From NCBI GenBank assembly GCA_963783375.1, contig CAWANH010000028.1:928001-992000 (forward strand): a stretch of 64,000 bases of DNA, read 5' to 3'. Position 1 is the stretch's first letter. The number at the start of each line of letters is the position of its first letter. The DNA comes from Candidatus Eiseniibacteriota bacterium. GTDB lineage: Bacteria; Eisenbacteria; RBG-16-71-46; JABDJR01. Positions 1 to 9,575 of the stretch are shown piece by piece. Below the pieces are notes generated by a model. It was given only the letters and a program-made list of their open reading frames with translations. It ran no database searches and was not told where the DNA came from. A program made the translations under genes and the position numbers.

Positions 1-933
1 ATGGACACCACCGACCAGTGGATCGTCCAGCGCACCGGGATCCGGGAGCGCCACTGGGTGGAGGGCGCGGTCACCACGTCGGACCTCGCGCTCGTGGCCT
101 CGAACCGCGCGCTCACCGCGGCCGGAATCGCCCCCGGCGACCTCGACATGATCTTCCTGGCCACCCTGAGCCCCGACCACGAGTTCCCCGGGACCGCGTG
201 TTTTCTCCAGGCCAAGCTCGGCCTGGCCGGGATTCCCGCCGTCGACGTGCGCCAGCAGTGCACGGGGTTCGTGTACGCGGTCTCCATGGCCGACCAGTAC
301 GTCCGGAACGGCGCCTGCCGGCGGGCGCTGGTGGTGGGGGCGGAGATCCACTCCAAGGGTCTGGATGTCTCCACCCGGGGCCGCGACCTGGCCGTGCTCT
401 TCGGCGACGGCGCCGGGGCGGTGGTGCTTGAGGCGGTCGAGGTGAGCGACCCCGCGCGCGACGCCCACGTCCTCTCCACCCATCTCCACGCCGACGGGCG
501 CCACGCCCGGGAACTCTGGGCCCAGGCTCCCTCCCAGGCCTACGACGGGCCGCGGGTGAGCCGCGAGATCCTCGACCGCGGCGAGCACTATCCGAAGATG
601 ACCGGCCGCGCGGTTTACGTGCACGCGGTCAAGCGCATGCCCGAGGCCGTCCACGAGGCGCTCGACGCCAACGGATACGCGCCCGGGGACGTGGACCTGT
701 TTCTGTTCCACCAGGCCAACCTCCGGATCAACGAGGCGGTGGCCCAGAACCTGGGGGTGGACCCCGACCGGGTGTTCAACACCATCCACCGCTTCGGGAA
801 CACCACCGCGGCCACGATCCCCCTGGGGCTGGACGAGGCGGTCAAGGCCGGGGCGCTCCGGCCGGGGATGCTGGTGGCCTTCGCCGCCTTCGGGAGCGGC
901 TTCACCTGGGGCTCGATGCTGGCGCGGTACTAG
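1..933 (+). CDS. fabH: 3-oxoacyl-ACP synthase III (FabH family), probably 5'-truncated by the window edge
   Basis: WIVQRTGIRERH, catalytic Cys in QQCTGF, FGDGAGA, FHQANLRI, FGNTTAATIPL, FGSGFTWG motifs. The usual N-terminal residues are missing. Confidence 0.9.
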   Translation: MDTTDQWIVQRTGIRERHWVEGAVTTSDLALVASNRALTAAGIAPGDLDMIFLATLSPDHEFPGTACFLQAKLGLAGIPAVDVRQQCTGFVYAVSMADQYVRNGACRRALVVGAEIHSKGLDVSTRGRDLAVLFGDGAGAVVLEAVEVSDPARDAHVLSTHLHADGRHARELWAQAPSQAYDGPRVSREILDRGEHYPKMTGRAVYVHAVKRMPEAVHEALDANGYAPGDVDLFLFHQANLRINEAVAQNLGVDPDRVFNTIHRFGNTTAATIPLGLDEAVKAGALRPGMLVAFAAFGSGFTWGSMLARY

Positions 934-973
934 TCCGACCCGTCGGTGAAGCGGACCCCAGGTACGGCGGGGC

Positions 974-1417
974 TCAGCGACTCCCCGCCGCCGGCCCCCC
1001 CCGCTCCGCCTCCTTCCGGCGCTGCCGGTGGGTCACCGCCGCGTAGATGATGAGCCCGATCCCCACGAACATGGCGGGGATGGCCCAGAGCATGAGGAAG
1101 AGCGCGAACTGGCGCATGTCGGCGCCCCAGTCCTGTTCGATCACGAAGGTGGCCGAGGTCATGAGCCCGAAACCGATCGCCGCCCAGATCACCCCGTGGA
1201 GCCCCACCGAGCGCCCGTTCCGCTTGGGCCGGGCCGGGGTATCCTCCGTCTCCTCCCGGTCCTTGAGCTCGGCGGGGAGATCGGTGAGGCCCATCTCGAT
1301 GGCCCGGAGCCGCTCCTTGTGGAGGTACTCCCGCTGCTTGACCTTCTTGATCCCGTTCACGATCAGATAGGTGATGGGGATCAGAAGCGCGGTCACGAAG
1401 ATGATTACCGGTTCCAT
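974..1417 (-). CDS. Membrane protein, DUF6249-like; probable ECF-sigma target
   Basis: MEPVIIFVTALLIPITYLI TM, then HKERLRAIEMGL, then two TM helices ending GIGLIIYA. GAGG lies upstream of the ATG at 1417. Divergent from the ECF sigma gene. Confidence 0.7.
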   Translation of the reverse strand: MEPVIIFVTALLIPITYLIVNGIKKVKQREYLHKERLRAIEMGLTDLPAELKDREETEDTPARPKRNGRSVGLHGVIWAAIGFGLMTSATFVIEQDWGADMRQFALFLMLWAIPAMFVGIGLIIYAAVTHRQRRKEAERGGPAAGSR

Positions 1418-1495
1418 AGTCTGTTGTACCTCTTGGACTTGAGTCCAGAACGCCTCCCCGCGAACGCGGCCGCCGTCCGCTGCCGCACTCCGATG

Positions 1496-1524
1496 GACCC
1501 TCCCCGGCCGCCCCGGGTTGCACC
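1496..1524 (-). promoter_or_regulatory. Putative ECF sigma promoter for the DUF6249-like gene
   Basis: The minus strand reads GGTGCAACCCGG..., i.e. TGCAAC-N17-GGTC, identical in layout to the plus-strand copy at 1575-1603. Confidence 0.65.
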
Positions 1525-1574
1525 GCGGAGTCCCGGCTTGCGCGGGCCGGGGCCCGGGGCGCACCCTTCCCCCG

Positions 1575-1603
1575 GGTGCAACCCGGAGCCCCTCCCCGCG
1601 GTC
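1575..1603 (+). promoter_or_regulatory. Putative autoregulatory ECF sigma promoter
   Basis: TGCAAC (1577-1582)-N17-GGTC (1600-1603), about 50 nt upstream of the ECF gene. An AAC -35 with GTC -10 is typical of ECF promoters. Confidence 0.65.
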
Positions 1604-1651
1604 TTACCGGTTGAGCCCCGACCGGGGCCGGCACCGGAGCGGAGTGCGTGA

Positions 1652-2221
1652 TTGAGCGAGAGCATCATGGTCGATGAGGAACAACCGTCCCTGCGCGCGC
1701 TCCTCGACGGGGGCGACGTGGGGACGGCCTATGCCCGGGTGGTCGAGACCACCCAGGACAGCCTCTACCGGTTCCTCCGTCACATGCTCCGCGACGACGA
1801 AGCGGCCCGGGAAGTGTTCCAGGATACCTACCTCCGGGTGTTCCGGGCCCTGGGGAGTTTCCGGGGGGAGGCGAGCCTCACCACCTGGGTGCTCACCATC
1901 GGGCGGAACACCGCGCTCAATCGGATTCGGGGGAGAAGGGGGCGCGAGGACCGGACCACGTCCCTGGACGATCCGGACGCCTACCACCGCGAGGTCCCGG
2001 TGGAGGCGGACGAGCCCCGGGTGACCCGGTCGGTGACTGCGGCGCTGGAAACTCTCCCCGAAGCCCAGCGCGAGGCGGTGCTGTTATTCTACGGGGAGGA
2101 TCTCCCGCTGGCCGAGGTGGCGGCCCTGACCGGCCGGCCGGTGAACACGGTGAAGAGCGATCTCTTGAGGGCGCGGAAGCGCCTGAGGGACCTCCTGGAG
2201 GGCGGAAGCGCTCTCGGGTGA
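1652..2221 (+). CDS. ECF RNA polymerase sigma factor (sigma-70 ECF subfamily)
   Basis: Region 2 AREVFQDTYLRVFRALGSFRGEASLTTWVLTIGRN; region 4 LPEAQREAVLL...LAEVAALTGRPVNTVKSDLLRARKRL. Confidence 0.92.
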   Translation: MSESIMVDEEQPSLRALLDGGDVGTAYARVVETTQDSLYRFLRHMLRDDEAAREVFQDTYLRVFRALGSFRGEASLTTWVLTIGRNTALNRIRGRRGREDRTTSLDDPDAYHREVPVEADEPRVTRSVTAALETLPEAQREAVLLFYGEDLPLAEVAALTGRPVNTVKSDLLRARKRLRDLLEGGSALG

Positions 2222-2247
2222 GGGCCTCCCCCGCGAAAGGCGGCGTC

Positions 2248-2670
2248 ATGGATCGGGAAGAACGCGAGCTCGGAAACGACCGGCTGGGGCAGAGCCTTCG
2301 CGCCGCATTGGGCGCCGAGCGCGCTCCCCGCGACTGGGTGCGCGACGCCCTGGCCGCCCCCCACGCCGGCGCCGTCTTCGCGCCCCGCCCGGTTCCCGCG
2401 CCTCCGGCCGAACCGTGGTATGGGGACGTTCTCCCGCACCTCTGCGGGCTGGCGCTCCTCGTCGGCCTCGGCCTGGCCGCCCTCCTTCGCCCCGACGTGT
2501 TCCAGAACCTGGCCGTCGGATTCGGCGCCCTGCTTCCCGCCCTCACGCGCACCCGGGCCGACGCCTCGGCGGACGTCGCCCGCTACCTTCCCCAGCTCCT
2601 CCTCATCTCCCCCCTCATTCTCTTCGCGTGCTACGAGGGGGCCCGCGCCCTGGCCACCCACCGCCGCTAG
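2248..2670 (+). CDS. Putative membrane anti-sigma factor
   Basis: Directly downstream of the ECF gene. Short soluble N-terminus plus two hydrophobic segments. Start could also be GTG 2218. Confidence 0.55.
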   Translation: MDREERELGNDRLGQSLRAALGAERAPRDWVRDALAAPHAGAVFAPRPVPAPPAEPWYGDVLPHLCGLALLVGLGLAALLRPDVFQNLAVGFGALLPALTRTRADASADVARYLPQLLLISPLILFACYEGARALATHRR

Positions 2671-2741
2671 CCGCCGCTCCCCGGGGCGCCGGCCCGAGCC
2701 CCGAGGCATCGCCGCGCCCCCCCTGGTACAATGCCCGGCCT

Positions 2742-3908
2742 ATGCCGCGCTTCGCCGACATACGGGGCCAGGACCGCGCCCACGACCTGCTTCGTCGCGC
2801 CGCCGGGCGCGGGCGGCTTCCCCACGCCTATCTCTTCCACGGCACCAAGGGGGTGGGCAAGACCTCCACCGCCTTCGCCCTGGCCCAGTTCGTGAACTGC
2901 GCGGCCCCGGCCGGGCCCGAGCCCTGCGGTCAGTGCCCCTCGTGCCGGAAGTACAACCATCTTCACCATCCCGACTTCCACTGGATCTTCCCCATGGCCG
3001 GCTCCGCGGGGGGGAAGCGCCTCAAGGGGGACGCGCGGGCCGAGCACGTGAAGCGGACCCGGGAGGAGCGGCTCACCCCGGGGATCCACGGGCTCTCGTA
3101 TACGGGGAGCGCGGGGATCGCCATCGGGCGGGACGAGGACACGATGGTGGGGAGCGTGGGGGAGCTCCGGCGGGAAGCGGGATACGCCCCGGTGGAATCC
3201 CGGGTCAAGGTGTTCGTGATCACCGAGGCCGAGCGGATGACCCAGGAGGCCTCGAACAGCCTGCTCAAGGTGCTGGAGGAGCCGCCCCCCGACAACCTCC
3301 TCGTCCTCACCACGGATCGCCCGTCCGGACTTCTCGACACGATCATCTCCCGCTGCCAGTCGGTGCGCTTTCGCGACCTCTCCGAGGAGGAGATCGTGGG
3401 GTTGCTGAAGGAGCGGGTGCGCATCCTGCGGGATCCCAGGAAGAAGAAGACCTCGGAGAGCGATCCGCCCTCCGACGAGGCGGCGGCCCTGGCCGCGGCC
3501 CTGGCCGGGGGGAGCCTCACCCGGGCCGCGGATCTGGTGACCGAGGACATCGTGAGGGACCGCGACGACGCGGTGGGATTCCTGGGGCTCGAGCCCGGCG
3601 ACCCCCGGATCCACGAGAAGGTGAGCGAATTGAACGCCGCGAAGGACCGGCGGCTCATCTCCCGGCTGATCGAGTTCGGGCTCCTCTGGCAGGGAGACCT
3701 GCTCCGGGCGGCCACCGGCGCTCCGGTGTCCCTGGCCAACCGGGACCGCGAGGCCCAGGTTCGCGGCCAGGCCGCCGCGGCGGGGATCGAGGAGATCCGC
3801 CGCCGCACCCGCGCGCTGGAGGAGGCGAAACGGGCGCTGGAGGGAAACGGGTTCGTTCCCCTCGTTCTCTACGCCCTGGTCCACGGTATGGAGGTCCCCG
3901 CGCGATGA
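2742..3908 (+). CDS. holB: DNA polymerase III subunit delta'
   Basis: FADIRGQ, HAYLFHGTKGVGK, PCGQCPSC zinc motif, HPDFHW, NSLLKVLEEPP, TIISRCQ; upstream of metG. Confidence 0.9.
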   Translation: MPRFADIRGQDRAHDLLRRAAGRGRLPHAYLFHGTKGVGKTSTAFALAQFVNCAAPAGPEPCGQCPSCRKYNHLHHPDFHWIFPMAGSAGGKRLKGDARAEHVKRTREERLTPGIHGLSYTGSAGIAIGRDEDTMVGSVGELRREAGYAPVESRVKVFVITEAERMTQEASNSLLKVLEEPPPDNLLVLTTDRPSGLLDTIISRCQSVRFRDLSEEEIVGLLKERVRILRDPRKKKTSESDPPSDEAAALAAALAGGSLTRAADLVTEDIVRDRDDAVGFLGLEPGDPRIHEKVSELNAAKDRRLISRLIEFGLLWQGDLLRAATGAPVSLANRDREAQVRGQAAAAGIEEIRRRTRALEEAKRALEGNGFVPLVLYALVHGMEVPAR

Positions 3909-5467
3909 CCGCGAAGACGTACTACATCACCTGCGCCATCGACTACGTGAACTCGAACCCCCACCTGGGAACGGCCTACGAGAAGATCGCCGCCGACGCG
4001 CTCGCGCGCTATCACCGGCTGGCCGGGACCGACGTCTACTTCCTGATGGGGACCGACGAGCACAGCTTGAACGTGGAGCGGGCGGCGCGGAAGCAGGGGC
4101 TCGATCCCCTGGCCTACACCGATCAAATGGCCGCCCGGTTCGAGGAGGTGTGGCGGAGCCTCGAGCTTTCCTACGACGTGTTCATCCGCACCACCGAGGA
4201 GCGGCACCAGGCCGCGGTGCAGGAGCTCTTCCGGCGGATCCACGACGCCGGGGACATCTACAAGGGCAAGTACACCGGCTACTACTGCGTGTCCTGCGAG
4301 GCGTTCAAGCAGGAGAAGGACCTGGTGGACGGGCTCTGCCCGGTTCACCGCACGAAGCCGGAGTGGATCGAGGAGGAGAACTGGTTCTTCCGGCTCTCCA
4401 GGTACCAGGAGCCCCTGCTCGCGCACTTTCGCGCCCACCCGGAGTTCCTGGTGCCGGCGTCGCGGCGGAACGAGATCGTGAACCTGATCGAGAGCGGGCT
4501 CGACGACATCTCGGTGTCGCGCCCGGGAAGCGGGTGGGGGGTGCCCCTTCCCCTGGATCCCGAGCAGCGGGTCTACGTCTGGTTCGACGCGCTCATCAAC
4601 TACATCACCGCGGTGGGGTTCGGCTCGGAGGATCCGGCCGAGACGGCGCGGTTCGACCGCTGGTGGCCAGCCCAGCTCCACGTGATCGGGAAGGACATCA
4701 CCCGCTTCCACGCGGTGATCTGGCCGGCCATGCTCCTCGCCGCGGGGGTGGCGCTCCCGGAGCGGATCCTCGGCCACGGCTGGGTGACGTTCAAGGGGGA
4801 GAAGCTCTCAAAGTCGCTGGGGAACATCGTGGAGCCCCTGGAGGTCACCGCGAAGTTCGGCCCCGATCCGCTCCGCTACTACCTGCTCAAGGAAGTGCCC
4901 CTGGACCGGGACGGCGACTTCACCTGGGATCTCTTCATCGAGCGCTACAACACCGAGCTGGCCAACGACCTCGGAAACCTGGTGAGCCGCACGGTCTCGA
5001 TGGCGGTGAAGTACTTCGGGGGGGAGATGCCCGCGGTGTGCTCCATCGAGGCGTCCGGACCGGATGCGGATCTCCGCTCGACCGCCGAGGCGGCGATCGC
5101 CGGCTGTCGGGCCGGGTTCGAGTCCCTGGCCGTGGACGAGGCCATCGCCTCGGCGTGGACGCTGGTGCGCCGCGCCAACCAGTACATCGAGGAGACCGCG
5201 CCCTGGAAACTGGCCAAGGACCCCGAGACCTCCGACCGGCTGGCCACGGTCATGAACGCGCTCCTGGAGTCGGTCCGGATCTCGGCCTTGCTCTTGACCC
5301 CGGTCATTCCGGGGAAGTGCGCGGAGATCCGCGCGCGGCTCATGAGCGGGGTGTCCGAGGACGCGATCTCCCTGGAGGAGGCGAGATGGGCGCCCCTGGA
5401 GTTCCGTCCGGCCTCGACCCTCGTCCGCCCCGAGCCGCTCTTCCCGCGGATCGACACCGGGTCCTGA
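3905..5467 (+). CDS. metG: Methionine--tRNA ligase, short form without C-terminal tRNA-binding domain
   Basis: YYITCAIDYVNSNPHLGTAY (HIGH), GTDEH, YVWFDALINY, GKDITRFH, KLSKSLGN (KMSKS), ends LFPRID. Confidence 0.96.
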   Translation: MTAKTYYITCAIDYVNSNPHLGTAYEKIAADALARYHRLAGTDVYFLMGTDEHSLNVERAARKQGLDPLAYTDQMAARFEEVWRSLELSYDVFIRTTEERHQAAVQELFRRIHDAGDIYKGKYTGYYCVSCEAFKQEKDLVDGLCPVHRTKPEWIEEENWFFRLSRYQEPLLAHFRAHPEFLVPASRRNEIVNLIESGLDDISVSRPGSGWGVPLPLDPEQRVYVWFDALINYITAVGFGSEDPAETARFDRWWPAQLHVIGKDITRFHAVIWPAMLLAAGVALPERILGHGWVTFKGEKLSKSLGNIVEPLEVTAKFGPDPLRYYLLKEVPLDRDGDFTWDLFIERYNTELANDLGNLVSRTVSMAVKYFGGEMPAVCSIEASGPDADLRSTAEAAIAGCRAGFESLAVDEAIASAWTLVRRANQYIEETAPWKLAKDPETSDRLATVMNALLESVRISALLLTPVIPGKCAEIRARLMSGVSEDAISLEEARWAPLEFRPASTLVRPEPLFPRIDTGS

Positions 5468-5766
5468 GGCCGAACCACGGTCGCACCGAGTTCCGAGCGG
5501 GGGGGGGCGCGGAAGGCCACGGGTTCCGCAACCTCCCGGAATGACCTCCTGCCCGGCGTCCGGAAGGAGATCGATCGGGACCGGCGTGACCGATTATGCT
5601 ATCATTGTGGGTCGATTGACCGTCCGCGCTCTTTCCGTCAATGAGGAAGACCCGTGTCCCCGACCACCACGATCCCGGCGACGCGGATCGCGCCCGGCTT
5701 GGTTTGTCAGGTGGTCACAGCACGCCGGTCGACCGTGAACGCTCGGTCCTGTGACAGGAGAGCGGC

Positions 5767-6828
5767 ATGGGAGAGACCATGAAGTTTGCCTTGATTGGTT
5801 GCGGGGCCATCGCCAAGAAACACATTGAATCCCTGAAGCGCATCCCGGAAGCCGAGATCGTCGCCGTATGCGATGTCAACAAGGACATTGCGGAGTCGGT
5901 GGCGAAGGCGTACGACCTCCCCTATTACCTGGATCATCGTCGGATGGTAGCGGACGAGCAGATAGACGTGCTCTGCGTGCTCACCCCGTCCGGTGCGCAC
6001 TCCAGCGTCATTCTCGATCTGGTTGAATTCGGCAAGCATTTCGTGGTGGAGAAGCCTCTGACCTTGAAGCTCTCGGATGCGGATGAAATCATCGAGGCCT
6101 GCGACCGGGCGCAAAGCATGCTATTCGTCGTCCAGCAAAACCGGTACAACCCCCCCATCCAGAGGTTGAAGAAGGCCTTGGTCGCCGGTCGGTTCGGGAA
6201 ACTGGTCATGGGTACGGTCCGGGTGCGATGGTGCCGGAACCAGGGCTACTACGATCAGAAGCAGTGGCGCGGCACGTGGGCGTTCGACGGCGGGGTTCTA
6301 GCCAACCAGGCCAATCACCACATCGACATGCTTGCGTGGCTGCTGGGTGACGTGAACAGCGTGATGGCGATGAGCTCCACGCGCCTGGCGGAGATCGAGA
6401 CCGAGGATACCGCGGTGGCGATCCTCAAGTTCCGAAGCGGCGCCCTCGGAGTCATCGAAGCGACCACGGCCACCCGTCCCAAGGACCTTGAGGGATCCAT
6501 CAGCGTGTTGGGGGAAAAAGGGGCGGTCGAGGTAGGCGGTTTCTTCATGAACGAACTCAAGACATGGAACTTCACGGAGCCTCTTCCCGAAGACGAAAAC
6601 GTCTTCGAAGAGGCCGGACACACCCCGGCCGAGTTCGCCTGGAGCCACACCGAGTATTACAGAAGTGTGATGGACTCGATCAAGGAACGAAAGAGAGGCT
6701 TGGTGGATGGGTTGGAAGGCAGGCGTTCGTTGGAGCTCATCAACGCCGTCTATGAATCCATCGAGACCCGGAAAGAGGTCCGCCTCAGATACATCCCCCA
6801 GTTCACCAAACTGGGTCTCGAAAGCTGA
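5767..6828 (+). CDS. Gfo/Idh/MocA oxidoreductase, WbpB/WlbA-like UDP-GlcNAcA 3-dehydrogenase
   Basis: ALIGCGAIAKKH, TPSGAH, VVEKP, QQNRYNP, VRWCRNQGYY...WRGTWAFDGGVLANQANHHID, LEGSISVLGEKG; clustered with an acetyltransferase and an aminotransferase. Confidence 0.85.
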   Translation: MGETMKFALIGCGAIAKKHIESLKRIPEAEIVAVCDVNKDIAESVAKAYDLPYYLDHRRMVADEQIDVLCVLTPSGAHSSVILDLVEFGKHFVVEKPLTLKLSDADEIIEACDRAQSMLFVVQQNRYNPPIQRLKKALVAGRFGKLVMGTVRVRWCRNQGYYDQKQWRGTWAFDGGVLANQANHHIDMLAWLLGDVNSVMAMSSTRLAEIETEDTAVAILKFRSGALGVIEATTATRPKDLEGSISVLGEKGAVEVGGFFMNELKTWNFTEPLPEDENVFEEAGHTPAEFAWSHTEYYRSVMDSIKERKRGLVDGLEGRRSLELINAVYESIETRKEVRLRYIPQFTKLGLES

Positions 6829-6855
6829 TAGCTTCCTGCGGGGGGTGAGCGACGA

Positions 6856-7458
6856 ATGGTCGGCAATCAGAGCATCATCAACACGAAATTCGGCTCCGAG
6901 CCCGTCATCGGGGAGTTCGTCCTGATCGGTGTGGCTCCCCGGGGAAAGAATCCCGGCGAGTTGGAGACGGTGGTCGGGACGGGGGCGGTGATCCGGTCGC
7001 ATACCGTGATCTATGCCGGCAACGTGATCGGAAACAATTTCCAGACCGGACACGGCGTGATGATTCGCGAGTCGAACGAGATCGGTGACGACGTCAGCGT
7101 CGGTACCGGATCCGTCGTCGAGCATCACGTGAAGATCGGGAACGCCGTACGGGTACACTCTCAGGTCTTCATTCCGGAATTCTCAACTCTGGAGGACGGT
7201 TGCTGGTTGGGCCCCAATGTCGTCCTCACGAACGCCAAGTATCCCTTGTCCCGCGGGGTCAAGGAGCACCTAGTCGGTCCCGTGATCAAGAAGCGGGCGA
7301 AGGTGGGAGCCAACAGCACCCTTCTGCCGGGCGTGGTCATCGGCGCGGACGCTCTGGTGGGCGCGGGCAGCGTCGTCACCAAGGACGTCCCGGACCGAAC
7401 GGTGGTCGCGGGGAATCCGGCAAAGGTCATTGGGAACATTGGGGAGTTGCCGTACTAG
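6856..7458 (+). CDS. Hexapeptide-repeat N-acetyltransferase, WbpD/WlbB-like
   Basis: Left-handed beta-helix repeats; GPNVVLTNAKYP, VGANSTLLPGVVIG, VGAGSVVTKDVP, VAGNPAKVI. Confidence 0.85.
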   Translation: MVGNQSIINTKFGSEPVIGEFVLIGVAPRGKNPGELETVVGTGAVIRSHTVIYAGNVIGNNFQTGHGVMIRESNEIGDDVSVGTGSVVEHHVKIGNAVRVHSQVFIPEFSTLEDGCWLGPNVVLTNAKYPLSRGVKEHLVGPVIKKRAKVGANSTLLPGVVIGADALVGAGSVVTKDVPDRTVVAGNPAKVIGNIGELPY

Positions 7459-7518
7459 GGGGTGGATTCGGCCGGCCGCACGTCAAGCGGGCCGGTCTTC
7501 ATACGGAAGGGGTTCTCG

Positions 7519-8619
7519 ATGAAGGTTCCATTCGTTGACTTGAAGGCCCAGTACTCATCCATCAAGAACGACGTCGACGCCGCCATGGCCAAGGTGATCC
7601 AGAACACCGCCTTCATCGGCGGCGATGAGGTGAGGGAGTTCGAAAAGGCCTTCGGTCAGGCGTGCAACCGGAACTTCTGTGTCGGCGTTGGAAACGGGAC
7701 CGACGCGTTGTTCATCGCCATGATGGGCCTTGGAATCGGTTCGGGCGACGAGGTCATAACCGCTGCGAATTCCTTCATCGCGACATCGGAGGCGGTGACC
7801 CGGACGGGGGCGAAGGTCGTTTTCGTGGACGTCCAGGCCGAGACCTACACCCTCGATCCGCAGCTCGTGGAGAAGGCGGTGACCCCGAAGACGAAGGCGA
7901 TCCTTCCCGTCCACCTGTACGGACGGATGGCCGACATGAACGCCATTCTGGAAATCGCCGGAAGGCACAATCTGTTCGTGATCGAGGACGCGGCGCAGGC
8001 ACACCTCTGCCGGTACGAGGACCAAGTCGCCGGGAGCATGGGGGACGTCGCCTGTTTCAGCTTCTACCCCGGAAAGAACCTGGGGGCGTACGGCGACGGC
8101 GGAGCCATGGTAACCAATGACGAGGATCTGGCCAAGAGGATGCGGATGTTCGCCAATCACGGCCGGGTCTCGAAGTACGACCACGAGTTCGAGGGTGTGA
8201 ACAGCCGGCTGGACGGGCTGCAGGTGGCGGTTCTGCGGATCAAGCTCGGGCATCTGCAGGAATGGAACGACCGGCGATACCGGAACGCTCTCTTGTACAA
8301 GAAGTATCTCGAGGGTGTCGACGGCGTCGTCCTGCCGGAGATTCCCGCCGCCGGTTCCCACATCTTTCACCTGTTCGTCGTCCGCGTGAAGAACCGCGAC
8401 GAATTGCAATCGTATCTCAAGGAAAAAGGTGTCGCTACCGGCGTTCACTACCCGATCGCCCTGCCGAACTTGCTGGCCTACCGGTATCTCGATCATGCGC
8501 CATCGGACTTCCCGGTATCCAGCCGGTATCAGGGGGAGATCCTGAGCCTGCCCATGTATCCCGAGCTTCGCGAGGAACAGATCGCGTACGTGGCCGAGTG
8601 CATTAGGAGCTACGCCTGA
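7519..8619 (+). CDS. DegT/DnrJ/EryC1/StrS sugar aminotransferase, WbpE/WlbC-like
   Basis: VPFVDLKAQY, GNGTDAL, PVHLYG, IEDAAQAH, SFYPGKNLGAYGDGG (PLP Lys), NSRLD, LSLPMYP. Confidence 0.92.
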   Translation: MKVPFVDLKAQYSSIKNDVDAAMAKVIQNTAFIGGDEVREFEKAFGQACNRNFCVGVGNGTDALFIAMMGLGIGSGDEVITAANSFIATSEAVTRTGAKVVFVDVQAETYTLDPQLVEKAVTPKTKAILPVHLYGRMADMNAILEIAGRHNLFVIEDAAQAHLCRYEDQVAGSMGDVACFSFYPGKNLGAYGDGGAMVTNDEDLAKRMRMFANHGRVSKYDHEFEGVNSRLDGLQVAVLRIKLGHLQEWNDRRYRNALLYKKYLEGVDGVVLPEIPAAGSHIFHLFVVRVKNRDELQSYLKEKGVATGVHYPIALPNLLAYRYLDHAPSDFPVSSRYQGEILSLPMYPELREEQIAYVAECIRSYA

Positions 8620-9575
8620 TGTACAAGGGAAAGCGGGTAGCCCTGGTAATTCCGGCCTACAACGAAGCCCGGTTGATCAAGCCCACCCTGGAGGCCGTGC
8701 CACAACTCGTGGATACGGTCTACGTGGTCGACGATTGCAGTCCCGACGACCAGAACTCCGTCATCGCCGGATGCGCGGAGAAGGATCCCCGGATAAGACT
8801 GTTGAAGCACGAGGTCAACCAGGGACCGGGTGGCTCGATCATAACGGGATACCTTCAGTCGTCCCGGGACGATCACGATCTCACCGTGGTGGTCGGCGGG
8901 GACAATCAGATGCCTCTCGAGGAGATCGAGAATCTGCTCGACCCGCTTCTCGAGGGAAACGCCGACTACACCAAGGGCAACCGGTTCCTCCTGTCCACCC
9001 TGGAAGACACCCTGGGGAAGATGCCCAGGTTGAGGCTCGTGGGAAACTGGCTCATCACCGCATTGACCAAGGTGGCCTCGGGGTACTACAAGACGATGGA
9101 CGTGGTGGACGGGTACACGGCCATCACCAAGAGGGCGATTGACACGATCGACTGGTCGCGGGCGTGGAAGAAGTACGGATACCCCATGGACTTCCTCATC
9201 CGGCTCAATGCATACGGATTCAAGATCATCGACGTGCCGAGAACGGCGGTATATCTCCCCGGAGAACGCCAATCCCAGATCAAGAGTTTTGACTATGCAA
9301 TCAAGGTCTCCCCCATGCTAATCAGGAACATGGTGTGGCGCCTGAATTTCAAGTACTTCTATCGGGACTTCCATCCGCTCGTCTTCTTTTACTATCTGTC
9401 GTTCATACTGGTCCCCCTAGGCTTGATCTCCGGTCTGTACCTGGTTTTGAACAAGCTGTTCTTCGGCGGGGCCGGGGTCACGGGACCCCGATCCATCTTC
9501 GTGGCCCTCATGTTGATCTCCGGCCTTCAATTCCTGCTGTTCGCGATGCTGTTCGACATGGAAGAGGGCAAGTGA
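8619..9575 (+). CDS. GT2 glycosyltransferase, polyprenol-phosphate GT (DPM1/ArnC/GtrB-like architecture)
   Basis: VIPAYNE, VVDDCSPD, HEVNQGPG, GGDNQM, DYTKGNRF; two C-terminal TM helices. Confidence 0.88.
   Translation: MYKGKRVALVIPAYNEARLIKPTLEAVPQLVDTVYVVDDCSPDDQNSVIAGCAEKDPRIRLLKHEVNQGPGGSIITGYLQSSRDDHDLTVVVGGDNQMPLEEIENLLDPLLEGNADYTKGNRFLLSTLEDTLGKMPRLRLVGNWLITALTKVASGYYKTMDVVDGYTAITKRAIDTIDWSRAWKKYGYPMDFLIRLNAYGFKIIDVPRTAVYLPGERQSQIKSFDYAIKVSPMLIRNMVWRLNFKYFYRDFHPLVFFYYLSFILVPLGLISGLYLVLNKLFFGGAGVTGPRSIFVALMLISGLQFLLFAMLFDMEEGK

Noticed and set aside
5499-5507. G9 tract upstream of the glycan islet as a phase-variable switch
   Set aside because: It lies about 90 nt upstream of the candidate -10 and not within a promoter spacer or CDS; no evidence of variation.
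5616-5643. Inverted repeat ATTGAC-N16-GTCAAT in the islet leader
   Set aside because: Only 6-bp arms; the spacing does not fit FNR/CRP and it cannot be assigned.
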